A program made the translations under genes and the position numbers. The notes under the pieces are model-generated. The model did not search any database. It saw only the letters and a program-made list of their open reading frames with translations, and had not been told where the DNA came from. A stretch of DNA of 61,113 nt, taken from positions 1 to 61,113 of the forward strand of contig CAYLND010000004.1 of NCBI GenBank assembly GCA_964384905.1. The letters run 5' to 3'. This stretch comes from an uncultured Acidobacteriota bacterium. Lineage in GTDB: Bacteria > Acidobacteriota > Polarisedimenticolia > Gp22-AA2. Below are positions 20,332-29,484 of this stretch, in pieces; the stretch's first letter is position 1; each line of letters begins with the position of its first letter.

Positions 20332-21774
20332 ATGGGCTCAGCCTCGAAGAAGTGCCACGAGCCGGCGATCGGGTCGCGCCTGGCGTTCGTTCTTCTGGCG
20401 CTGTCGGTCGCCGGATGCGTGGCGGTCGGATCGGACATGTCGAAGAGCAAGCAGGACCACGGCGACAACGGGAAGAAAGTAGGAACGGGCCTGTCGTTCG
20501 CCGACCAGACGGTGGTGGTGGCGGCGGCGCCCGCGGCTCCTCCTGCCTCGGGGTGGGACGACGAGCGCGTGATGAGCGGCGAGGACGACTGGGAGCCGGC
20601 GAACGCCGTCGACCCCGTCAACTCGAACTACGTGTACCAGCTCACGACGCGTTACACCGGGCCGAAGCCGTGCGGCAACTGCAAGATGCCCGCGATCGTC
20701 CTGCGCCGTTCGACCGACGGCGGGGCGACCTGGCTGGCGGACAAGTTCCTGGCGGTCACGGGCAAGGGCCAATACGATCCGCAGATCCAGGTCGCGACCA
20801 GCGGCTGGGTCTACGCGGTGTGGCTGGATGCCTTCACGCCCGGATCGACGTTCGTGAGATCGATGGACCGCGGCGCGACCTTCTCGCCGGGCATCTCATG
20901 GTCCGGCAACGGGAAGAAGCCGCAGTGGAACGACAAACCCTGGCTGAACATCTCGAAAGACGGCCAGCACGTCTACCTCGGATTCAACTCCAGCGACAGC
21001 TACATCGTCGTGTCGCATGATTTCGGCAACTCGTTCTCGGCGCCGATCAAGACGAACAACGACACGCGCTACTGGTTCCATTCCGGAGGGGTCGTCTCGC
21101 CGACGAACCCGATGGTCGCCTACTTCGCCACCAGCAATTACACCAGCGGGAACAACTACAACGGAGACTCCAACGTCGAGATCCTGCGGACGACGGACGG
21201 CGGCGCGACCTGGACCGACATCCACATCGATACCTCCCGCGAGGTGCCGCCCTGTCCCTGGGCCGCGGGCTGCGGGCAGGGATTTCTCGGCACGCAGGCG
21301 GCGCTGGCGATGGACAGCGCCGGGAAGCTCATGATTGTCTACAACGCCAACGACGTCCCCGACGCGCCGGAGCAGATTTACGTGCGCACCTCGACCGACG
21401 GCGTCATCTGGAGCGCGCGCCAGAAGATTTCGGTCGCCTCCGCCACGGTGAACAGCGGCTTCCCCGCCGCGGCCGCCCACCCGACCACCGCCGGCGACTT
21501 CCGCGTCTGGTTTCAGGACGATCGTCTCCAGAGCCACACGGGATGGAACACCTGGTACAAGCGCACCACGAACGGCGGCTCGACGTGGTCCGCCGACGTC
21601 CGCGTGTCGAATCTCACCTCCGGGGCGCCCTACAAGAACGCCAACGGCTATGCGTTCCCGTACGGCGACTACGGCGAGATCGCCGTCGACGCGAACGGCC
21701 GGAACTACCTGGTCTGGGGCGAAGGGGCCAGCTACAGCGGCCCGGGCGGCACCTGGTACACCCGGGGGCAATAG
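20332..21774 (+). CDS. Lipoprotein with BNR/Asp-box beta-propeller (sialidase-like fold)
   Basis: SD GGAGG before the ATG; VLLALSVAGC lipobox; six Asp-boxes (RSTDGGATW, RSMDRGATF, VSHDFGNSF, RTTDGGATW, TSTDGVIW, RTTNGGSTW). Confidence 0.85.
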   Translation: MGSASKKCHEPAIGSRLAFVLLALSVAGCVAVGSDMSKSKQDHGDNGKKVGTGLSFADQTVVVAAAPAAPPASGWDDERVMSGEDDWEPANAVDPVNSNYVYQLTTRYTGPKPCGNCKMPAIVLRRSTDGGATWLADKFLAVTGKGQYDPQIQVATSGWVYAVWLDAFTPGSTFVRSMDRGATFSPGISWSGNGKKPQWNDKPWLNISKDGQHVYLGFNSSDSYIVVSHDFGNSFSAPIKTNNDTRYWFHSGGVVSPTNPMVAYFATSNYTSGNNYNGDSNVEILRTTDGGATWTDIHIDTSREVPPCPWAAGCGQGFLGTQAALAMDSAGKLMIVYNANDVPDAPEQIYVRTSTDGVIWSARQKISVASATVNSGFPAAAAHPTTAGDFRVWFQDDRLQSHTGWNTWYKRTTNGGSTWSADVRVSNLTSGAPYKNANGYAFPYGDYGEIAVDANGRNYLVWGEGASYSGPGGTWYTRGQ

Positions 21775-21804
21775 CGGTCGACTGGCTTTGAGGGTCATGC
21801 GAAA

Positions 21805-21832
21805 GGCCCCGACTGCGACGGCGGTCGGGGCC
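21805..21832. terminator. Probable bidirectional terminator
   Basis: 12-bp stem ggccccgactgc/gcggtcggggcc (one G-U pair) between convergent genes; short T-runs on both sides. Confidence 0.55.
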
Positions 21833-21839
21833 GTCGCTT

Positions 21840-23513
21840 TCAGTTGAACACGATCGTCGTCAGGAACGCTTCGTAGCTGGTCGGGGCGTCGGGCGACAGC
21901 GAGTAGGCGGCGTACGCCCTGCTTCCTGACGAGGTGATGGTCAGGAAATCGTTGTAGGCGCCGTACAGCGCCGGGGCCGGGCTCGTGGTCAGACGCAGGT
22001 TCCTCGACCAGGTCGCCCCGGCGTCCTCCGAGTAGGCGTAGTAGACATCCGCCACCTGTCCGTTGGTCTGCGCCCGGGTGGGTGACGAGAAACGGTAGTC
22101 GAACCAGATCACATCGAGGCGTCCGTTCGTGGACACCGAAAGCGACGGGCGAAAATGATCGACGGCGTCCCCCGGCAGGACATCATCGATGCGCACGGGG
22201 GTCGACCAGGTGGCGCCGCCGTCCAGGGAGCGGATCACGTACGCATGGACCGAGCCGCCGAGGGAAGCGACGCCCGCATTGAAGACCACGTAGACGCGGA
22301 GCGGATTGACTGGATCGGCGGCGGTCCAGGTTCCCGAGGGTGTCAGGTCTCCGGTCGCTTCGTACGCGCATGACGACAGCCCGAACGTCACGCCGCCATC
22401 CGTGGAGCGTCGCAGCCGGATGCCGTTCGCCGACAGGCAGGATGCCTCTCCGGTGATATTCGCGTAGTAGACGACTCCATTGGCTCCGATACCGAGGGCG
22501 CTCGTGAGGCGCGCGGTCGGCAGAACCTGAGCGGAGGTCCAGGTGGCGCCGCCGTTGACGGAACGGGCGTACGCCAGGAAGTAGGAGTCGCAGATGCCGT
22601 CACCGTCCTGATCGAACGGCACGCTGTGAGCGATGGCGTACAGGTTGCCCCTGTATGGAGAGGCCGCACCCTTGTCGGCGGCGATCTTCGGGTAGTCGAA
22701 GAAGAGGTCGTCCCAGTTCCCGGACGTACAGGGGTAGGTCGCCCGCCTGCCGCACACCGCTCGACTCGACCCGTTCGGAAGCAGGAACAGCGTGCTTTGG
22801 TCGAACGCGTATCCTGCGCGGGTGAAGTGCAATCCTTTGTCGGTGCTGAGATCGATCTGGAGACCCTGTGGATTGCCGTCGCAGCCCGTGTCGTCGAGAC
22901 TCATGAGGACCGCGGTCCCGCCCGGCAGGAACTCGATCGCCGGATCTCCTTCGCGGTTCGAGTCCTGGCCGAGACTCCGGGTCCATGTCGATCCACCGTC
23001 CACGGAGGCGTAGGCGGGATCCGGGATGTTCAATCCCCCCGAGCTGGTCGAGGCGACGGAGACGACCACGTTGCCGGCGTCCGTAGGATTGACGTCCACG
23101 TCCGGCTCGCGCGCATCACCGCCGACGACGATCTGCGCGATGGCGGGCGGCCCCACGGCCACAGTCTGTGTGGTCGTGCCGGTCGCCGAGTTGTTGTCGA
23201 GGACCTCCAGACGGATCGTGCGATTCCCTTCGCCGGCGTACTGATGGGTGGCGGTCTTGACGGTCGTGTACGCCGTGTCCCAGACGCCGTCGTTCTCCCA
23301 GTCCCAGCGAACTTTGAGGCGGCTCGCCGGCGTCCTGTCGTCGGTCGAAGCGGAGGCGTCGACCTGAAAGACGCGCTCGACCGTGCCGCTGCCGGGCGTG
23401 ACGGTGAATCGCGCCGTCGGCGGCTGATTCGCCGCGCGAGCCGCGCCGCCGGCGACACCGGCTGAAACCAGAAGAACGGGCATCCACGGGGAAACCAGCG
23501 ATCGTCGTCGCAT
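21840..23513 (-). CDS. Exported PKD-domain + BNR/Asp-box propeller protein
   Basis: SD GGAGG and a signal peptide; PKD (NQPPTARFTV...RWDWENDG...HQYAGEG); six Asp-boxes. Confidence 0.85.
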   Translation of the reverse strand: MRRRSLVSPWMPVLLVSAGVAGGAARAANQPPTARFTVTPGSGTVERVFQVDASASTDDRTPASRLKVRWDWENDGVWDTAYTTVKTATHQYAGEGNRTIRLEVLDNNSATGTTTQTVAVGPPAIAQIVVGGDAREPDVDVNPTDAGNVVVSVASTSSGGLNIPDPAYASVDGGSTWTRSLGQDSNREGDPAIEFLPGGTAVLMSLDDTGCDGNPQGLQIDLSTDKGLHFTRAGYAFDQSTLFLLPNGSSRAVCGRRATYPCTSGNWDDLFFDYPKIAADKGAASPYRGNLYAIAHSVPFDQDGDGICDSYFLAYARSVNGGATWTSAQVLPTARLTSALGIGANGVVYYANITGEASCLSANGIRLRRSTDGGVTFGLSSCAYEATGDLTPSGTWTAADPVNPLRVYVVFNAGVASLGGSVHAYVIRSLDGGATWSTPVRIDDVLPGDAVDHFRPSLSVSTNGRLDVIWFDYRFSSPTRAQTNGQVADVYYAYSEDAGATWSRNLRLTTSPAPALYGAYNDFLTITSSGSRAYAAYSLSPDAPTSYEAFLTTIVFN

Positions 23514-23693
23514 AGGTCAGGCACCTCCGTCTCTTCGAAGCGCAGGGGATACGGGACAGGCCACACCGTTCGACCGGCGTCCACTTGTTTCAGCAGTCAC
23601 TCCAGTGTCATCGGCGGCGAAAGGTTCCCGAAAAAGCGTCTCGTCCGCGCTGTCCCTGCGGTCCGGCACGGCGTTTCGGGGTACATTGCATCC

Positions 23694-24266
23694 ATGCAGC
23701 CCCCCCATGACGAGGTCGCCGCGTTCCTGCGCGGCGACGCCGCGCCGGTCGGGCAGATCCGGGCCGCGATCGAAGCAGTGGTGCGCCGCTTCCGGCTGTC
23801 GGACGGCGAGGTTGACAGGGACCTGGTGCAGGAGGCTCTCGGCAGGATCTGCCGGAATCTTCGCGCGGGAGAATTTCGCGGCCAATCCTCCCTCGAGACT
23901 TATGCGGAAAAGATCGCGAAGTACACCTGCCTGGAGCATCTGCGCCGGAAACGTTTCGAGGTCCGCATGGATGTCGAACTCATCCCGTCGGGCGCGCGCT
24001 GGTCCGACCCCGAACGGGCCCTCCTGTGGACCGAGGAGCACGCGCGCAATCTGAAAGTCTTCGCGTCCCTGCCTGAGGAGATGCGCGAGCTCCTGCGTCT
24101 GATCTTTCTCGAAGGGCTGTCGTATGGCGAGATCGCGCGTCGCCTGGGCGTCTCGGAGGGCACCGTCAAGTCCCGCGTCCACAGACTCCGTCTGTCGTGC
24201 CGCGACGCCGTCCGGTCGGAACAGGGCCCGGGGTTGCGGCGCGGCGGCGAGCGGGTCGGCGGGTGA
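23694..24266 (+). CDS. ECF RNA polymerase sigma factor
   Basis: DLVQEAL (region 2), EGLSYGEIARRLGVSEGTVKSRVHR (region 4); TACATT -10 box 6 nt upstream and no SD. Confidence 0.92.
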   Translation: MQPPHDEVAAFLRGDAAPVGQIRAAIEAVVRRFRLSDGEVDRDLVQEALGRICRNLRAGEFRGQSSLETYAEKIAKYTCLEHLRRKRFEVRMDVELIPSGARWSDPERALLWTEEHARNLKVFASLPEEMRELLRLIFLEGLSYGEIARRLGVSEGTVKSRVHRLRLSCRDAVRSEQGPGLRRGGERVGG

Positions 24267-25060
24267 GCGCCGTGACCGAGCACCCCGAGCTGCTGGCGCA
24301 GTATGTCGCTGGACATCTCGAGCCCTCCCGGGCGGGCGACATCGAGGCGCACCTGGAGCGCTGCGCGGACTGCCGCTCCGAGGCGGCCGCACTCGCTTCG
24401 ATGAGGGACACTCTTCGGCTGCAGCACGGCGCCGGCCACGTGCCCGGCGAGGATCTCGTCTCCCTGGTCGAGGGAGATCTCGAGCGCGCTCCGGAGCGGC
24501 GCCGGCCGATCGAGCGGCACCTGGAGACCTGCGCGGACTGCCGGGACGATCGGCTGGCGCTCGAGCGTGTCCGGGGCGCGCCGGGCTCACCCCGGGTGGG
24601 GCGCTGCCGTTCCTCGCGCCCCGGCGGAGCGCCGGCGCGGCGGCTCGTCCGGATCGGGGCGGTCGCGGCCGGGCTGGCGGCCGCGATTCTGCTGCTTCGA
24701 ACCGTTCCCGGGCTCTGGACGACCTCGACTCCGGTCCCCGGGCAGGCGCGGCCGGTGACGTTCGCGGCGCCTCGACGCGGGGCGGAGGAGGAACGGGTCC
24801 TCCGGATTGCCGGACCCTGGTCGATCACGGTCGTGCTGCCGCTCGGCGCCCCCGAGGGAGCGTATGGCGCGCGTGTCGAAGCCGCGGACGGGACGGTGCT
24901 GAAGGGCCCCGGGGCTCCGCGACCATCCGACGGTAGCACCCTCATCGTCCCGATCGAGTCGCTGACGGTCGGTTCCTATCGGCTGATCATCGACCCGAAG
25001 ACGCCGGCCGCGGGCGCGCCCTATGTCTATCCGTTCCGGGTGGAAGAGGGCCGACCGTGA
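24263..25060 (+). CDS. Membrane anti-sigma factor with two zf-HC2/ZAS motifs
   Basis: GTGA overlap with the sigma stop; HLERCADC and HLETCADC (HxxxCxxC) 56 aa apart; one TM (GAVAAGLAAAILLL); beta-rich C-terminal domain. Confidence 0.85.
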   Translation: MSAVTEHPELLAQYVAGHLEPSRAGDIEAHLERCADCRSEAAALASMRDTLRLQHGAGHVPGEDLVSLVEGDLERAPERRRPIERHLETCADCRDDRLALERVRGAPGSPRVGRCRSSRPGGAPARRLVRIGAVAAGLAAAILLLRTVPGLWTTSTPVPGQARPVTFAAPRRGAEEERVLRIAGPWSITVVLPLGAPEGAYGARVEAADGTVLKGPGAPRPSDGSTLIVPIESLTVGSYRLIIDPKTPAAGAPYVYPFRVEEGRP

Positions 25061-27699
25061 TGCCACCCGCCGCTCGACCACGCCACGCGCCGCTCCTCAC
25101 CGGGGGTCTGGTGCTGCTCTGTCTGGGCTTCGAGACCTCCGACAGACAGACGCCGCGCGCCGGCCGTCTGAACGATCTCCTCTCGGGCGACGCGAGTCGC
25201 GACGCTCGCGTGCCGAGCAACCGTCAGGAGCGCCGTCAGACTCTGGAGGCTCTCCAGGAGGCCCGGACCTCCCTGAAGCTGATCGAGCGGACGGGCGTCG
25301 GCGACGATCTCGAGGTCGCTCGGATCCTTGCCTCGATGGTGCAGATGCTGTGGAGTCTCGAGGAGTACGCCGAGGCGAAGCCGCTCGCCGAGCGCGCCCT
25401 CGCCATCCGCCTGAAGACCCTCCCTCCGGTGCATCGCGATGTCGCCTCGAGCCTGTACCAGCTCGCCGAGCTGAGTCGGGCCACCGGAGACTACGCCGCC
25501 GCCATGCGCCTGCACCGGCGGGCGCTGGCGGTCTGGGAGAAGGCCCTCGGACGGGATCACTCCGAGGCGGCCTCGTCCCTGCATTACCTGGGCGTGCTGG
25601 CTCTGACGACCGGCGATCTGAAGGGGGCGGAGCGTTTGCTCGAGCAGGCGCTGTCGATCCGGCAGAAGACGCTCGGTCCGTCGCACGAGCAGGTGGCGAC
25701 CACCTTGAACGCCCTCGCCGAAGTGCGGGCGCGGTCGGGAGATCGGGCGGAGGCGGCGGTCCTCCTGGAGCGTGCTCAGGCGATCTGGGAGCGCGCTCTG
25801 GGACCCGACCACCCCTTCATCGCCAGGAGCCTGACTGGCCGGGCGCACCTGCTGGCCGACACCGGCGACATCCCCGGGGCGCGGCGCCTGCTCGAGAGGG
25901 CCCTCGAGATCCGCCTCAGGGCGTTCGGCCCCGAGCATTACCTCGTGGGCCGCAGTCTCGCCGATATCGCCGGCCTGACCGCCCGGGGCGGCGACGAGGC
26001 TCCGGCGGAGGCGCTCTACCTTCGGGCCCTGGAGATCGACCGGCGCGCGCTCGGCCCGACGCATCCCGAGGTCGCCTCGACCCTCGCTGCTCTCGCGCGC
26101 CTGCAGCGGTCCATGGGACGCGTCGGACCGGCGCTCGAGGGCGCGCTGCGCGCCGAGGAGATGGCTCGGGAGTACTTCCTGCGCTCCGCCCGGGATCTGA
26201 CCGAGGACGAGGCGCTGCGATACGAGACTTTGAGGACGTCGGGTCAGGACGTGCTGCTCTCCTTCCTCGCGCATTCGCCCGCGGGGACGACCGACCGCGC
26301 GGCCCCCGAAGCGCCCACCGACACGGTTCGTCGAATCGCCGACGAGATCGTGCGGTCCCGTGCCGTCCTGCTCGGGGACAGGACCAGGGGTCGCGATCGT
26401 CCGGACGGCGAGCCCGACCTGGGCGAAGTGACGTCCGCCCTGCCGGACCGGAGCGCTCTCATCATCTATGTGCAGTTCCAACGGCTTCGCCGCGGGGCGG
26501 AACCGCTGGCCGAATATCTGGCTCTGGTCGTCCGTCCCGATTCCGCGACGCCTGCGGCCATCCCGCTGGGAGCCGCCGGGGAGATCGACACCCTGGTCGC
26601 CGACTGGCGGACGGAAGCGTCCTCCGACCCGCGGTTGCGTCCGCCCGGGTCCGGCGAGCGGGCCTACGCGCTCGCGGGCGGCCGTCTGCGCGAGGCGATC
26701 TGGGACCCGCTGCAACCGGAGCTGGAGCGCGTGCGGCGCGTGTTCGTCGTGCCCGACGGCGCGATCAGTCTGGTGAGCCTCGCCACCCTGCCGCTTCCCG
26801 GAGACGCGTTCCTGGCCGAAAGCGGTCTTCTTATCCACTATCTCTCGGCGCCGCGAGACCTGGTCGTCGAGCGGCACCGCGGCGCCATCGGTGATCGGGT
26901 CCTGATCGTCGGAGCGCCGGACTTCGACGCGCGCTCGAGGACCCACGTTCCCGCGGGCCCGCGGGATGCGAGCACCGATTCGCGGCGGGAGGGGGAGCCC
27001 GTCTGTCCCGAGTTCGCCGCACTCCACTTCGATCCGCTTCCGGGCGCCCAGGCCGAGGCCGGCGAGATCGAATCTCTCCTGGAGCGGCGCGGTCGGGTGC
27101 TACGATTGAGCGGCGCGCGCGCCGATGAGGCCACCTTCAAGAGGAACGCCCCCGCGAGCAGCATCCTCCACCTGGCGACGCATGCCTATGTTCTTCCCGA
27201 CCGCTGCGGCGCCACGGTCGATTCGTCGGAGCCCCTGGAGGATGCGCCCGTCGCCGGGGACAGCCCGTTCCTCCTCTCCGGTGTGGCGCTGGCGGGCGCC
27301 AACCATCGGAGCGACGCCGGCGAGACGCCGTCGGCCGAGGACGGAATCCTCACCGCCGGCGAGATCGCGTCGCTCGACCTCTCCGGCGTGGACTGGACGG
27401 TGCTCTCCGCCTGCGACACGGGCGTCGGCCGGATCCTGCCCGGGGAGGGTCTCGCCGGGCTCCGGCGCGCCTTCGAGGTCGCCGGCGTCAGGACGGTCAT
27501 CATGAGCCTCTGGGCCGTCGACGACGGCGCCGCCCGGATCTGGATGCGCGACTTGTACGAGAAGCGGCTTTCCGGTCTGTCCACGATCGAGGCGGTCGGC
27601 GCCACCGATCTCGAAGTCCTCCGGGCCCAGCGTGCCCGCGGCCGGACGGCGCATCCTTATTTCTGGGGCGGCTTCGTCGCCGCCGGCGACTGGCGATGA
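25057..27699 (+). CDS. TPR-CHAT (caspase-like) protease
   Basis: About seven 42-aa TPRs (LGPxHPxVA); CHAT motifs VPDGAI, HLATHA (His), VLSACDTG (Cys), SLWAVDD and HPYFWGGF. Confidence 0.92.
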   Translation: MMPPAARPRHAPLLTGGLVLLCLGFETSDRQTPRAGRLNDLLSGDASRDARVPSNRQERRQTLEALQEARTSLKLIERTGVGDDLEVARILASMVQMLWSLEEYAEAKPLAERALAIRLKTLPPVHRDVASSLYQLAELSRATGDYAAAMRLHRRALAVWEKALGRDHSEAASSLHYLGVLALTTGDLKGAERLLEQALSIRQKTLGPSHEQVATTLNALAEVRARSGDRAEAAVLLERAQAIWERALGPDHPFIARSLTGRAHLLADTGDIPGARRLLERALEIRLRAFGPEHYLVGRSLADIAGLTARGGDEAPAEALYLRALEIDRRALGPTHPEVASTLAALARLQRSMGRVGPALEGALRAEEMAREYFLRSARDLTEDEALRYETLRTSGQDVLLSFLAHSPAGTTDRAAPEAPTDTVRRIADEIVRSRAVLLGDRTRGRDRPDGEPDLGEVTSALPDRSALIIYVQFQRLRRGAEPLAEYLALVVRPDSATPAAIPLGAAGEIDTLVADWRTEASSDPRLRPPGSGERAYALAGGRLREAIWDPLQPELERVRRVFVVPDGAISLVSLATLPLPGDAFLAESGLLIHYLSAPRDLVVERHRGAIGDRVLIVGAPDFDARSRTHVPAGPRDASTDSRREGEPVCPEFAALHFDPLPGAQAEAGEIESLLERRGRVLRLSGARADEATFKRNAPASSILHLATHAYVLPDRCGATVDSSEPLEDAPVAGDSPFLLSGVALAGANHRSDAGETPSAEDGILTAGEIASLDLSGVDWTVLSACDTGVGRILPGEGLAGLRRAFEVAGVRTVIMSLWAVDDGAARIWMRDLYEKRLSGLSTIEAVGATDLEVLRAQRARGRTAHPYFWGGFVAAGDWR

Positions 27700-27730
27700 C
27701 GGACAGGACGTCCGCCGTGAGGAGCCGCTC

Positions 27731-28849
27731 GTGAGCGTACCGTTCGTGGTGATCGCACTGGCCTTGATCGGCATCGTCCTCTGGGACGCCTTCGAGGTGA
27801 TCGTGCTGCCCCGGCGCGTCGCCCGGCGCTGGCGGTTGGCGCGGATCGTTTATCGGCTGAGCTGGATACCCTGGGTGTCGGTCGCGCGGCGGATCGCCAC
27901 GCGGCCCCGGCGCGAGGCGTTCCTCGGCGTCTACGGACCGCTGTCGCTCCTGATCCTCCTGGCGATGTGGGCGGCCGGTCTGGTGCTCGGCTTCGGGACG
28001 CTGCACTGGTCGCTCCGCACGACGATGCACGCGCCAGGAGGGCCGCCGTCGTTTCTCACCTACCTGTACCTGAGCGGCACGACCTTCTTCACCCTCGGCC
28101 TGGGCGATGTGGCGCCGGGTGGTCCGCTGGCGCGCGGCCTCACGGTCCTGGAGTCGGGTCTCGGGTTCGGCTTCCTGGCCATGGTCATCGGGTACTTCCC
28201 CGTCCTGTACACCTCGTTCTCCCGGCGCGAGGTGTGGATCACGCTCCTCGATCCGAGGGCGGGCTCCCCTCCGACCGCCGGCGAGCTGCTGCACCGGCAC
28301 GGCCGCGATCACCTCCACCATTTGGACCCGTTCCTGCATGAATGCGAACGCTGGACGGCCGAGCTGATGGAGAGCCACATCTCCTATCCGGTCCTGGCCT
28401 ACTTCCGCTCCCAGCATGCCAACCAGTCGTGGCTGTCGGCGCTGACGACGATCCTCGACACCTGTGCGCTCCTCCTGGCCGGGTCCCGGGACGGATCGGT
28501 CTGGCAGGCCCGCGTCACGTTCGCGATGGCGCGGCACGCGGTCGTCGATCTCACCAAGGTCTTCCTTCTCGAGCCGCGCTCTCCGGAGCCCAACCGGCTC
28601 TCTTCATCGGATTTCGCGCGTCTCGTCCGGCTGCTCGACGAGGCCGGACGCCCTCCGGCCGACGCGGCCGAGACGGAGCACCGTCTCGGCCCTCTCCGCC
28701 GGAGTTACGAGCCGTACGTCAATGCGCTCGCGTGCTTCCTGCTCATGCCCCTCCCCGCCTGGGTCCCTCCCCAGCAACCGGCCGGCACACCCGGGCCCTC
28801 CGAGAGGCTGCCCGGGGTGAAGACCGTCACGGAGCCTGCCGTCAGGTAG
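27731..28849 (+). CDS. Two-TM potassium-channel-family protein
   Basis: SD GAGGAG before the GTG; pore helix and filter YLSGTTFFTLGLGDVAP between TM segments. Confidence 0.85.
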   Translation: MSVPFVVIALALIGIVLWDAFEVIVLPRRVARRWRLARIVYRLSWIPWVSVARRIATRPRREAFLGVYGPLSLLILLAMWAAGLVLGFGTLHWSLRTTMHAPGGPPSFLTYLYLSGTTFFTLGLGDVAPGGPLARGLTVLESGLGFGFLAMVIGYFPVLYTSFSRREVWITLLDPRAGSPPTAGELLHRHGRDHLHHLDPFLHECERWTAELMESHISYPVLAYFRSQHANQSWLSALTTILDTCALLLAGSRDGSVWQARVTFAMARHAVVDLTKVFLLEPRSPEPNRLSSSDFARLVRLLDEAGRPPADAAETEHRLGPLRRSYEPYVNALACFLLMPLPAWVPPQQPAGTPGPSERLPGVKTVTEPAVR

Positions 28850-28900
28850 ATTCGTCTCGCGCGAGGGACGTATCGATGTTCGAGTCGCCCGGGAGCATCC

Positions 28901-29377
28901 TCAGCTGGCAGAGCCTTCCTTGTCGACAGGCTCTCCGGCCTTGACCCAGCCCATGATTCCGGACGGCATGATGAAGACTTCGCGATAGCCGAGATCGGCG
29001 GCCCGCCGGGCCGACTGGTGGCACTCCATTCAATGCTCGTTCATGCAGTAGAAAATGAGCATCGCGTCCTTGTCGGCGGGCAGGACCTCCGGCGTAATGT
29101 CCTTGTGGTTCAGGCGCACGGCGCCCGGCAGATGGTTCTTGGCGTAGACATCGGCCGTGTTGCCGTCGAAGACGTAGGTGTTTGGATGGCCGAGCCGGCG
29201 GGCCACCTGATCGACGGTGTAGTGCCCAAACGGCTCCGGCTCGATCTTCTCTTCCTTGTCGGCGGCCTTCTTGCCCGCGGCGATGGCCCGCGGGGCGTTT
29301 GCGACGGTCACAAGGAGAGCGAGCGGCACGGCAAGAACGAGTGCCGCGAATGCGAAACTCCGCTGCGATGGCGGCAT
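28901..29377 (-). CDS. Exported rhodanese-domain selenoprotein (in-frame UGA at 29030-29032)
   Basis: HLPGA motif, then FYCMNEH-TGA-MECHQSARRAADLGYREVFIMPSGIMGWVKAG, which completes the rhodanese fold in frame to TGA 28901; hairpin after the UGA. Confidence 0.85.
28999..29013 (-). promoter_or_regulatory. Candidate bacterial SECIS (rhodanese)
   Basis: CGGCCC-GGC-GGGCCG hairpin; the G-first loop begins 22 nt after the UGA. Confidence 0.55.
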
Positions 29378-29433
29378 GCTGACCCCCGGGTTTCGGACGG
29401 TCCCGACCCACGACGGGCCGGGCTTCTGCAAAG

Positions 29434-29462
29434 AGTATAGGCGAATCGGAAGGGGCGGTCGA
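29434..29462 (-). promoter_or_regulatory. sigma70-type internal promoter for the rhodanese gene
   Basis: TCGACC, 17 nt, TATACT; about 57 nt upstream of ATG 29377. Confidence 0.5.
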
Positions 29463-29484
29463 GACCGGCGCTGCCGGCCGGCGT

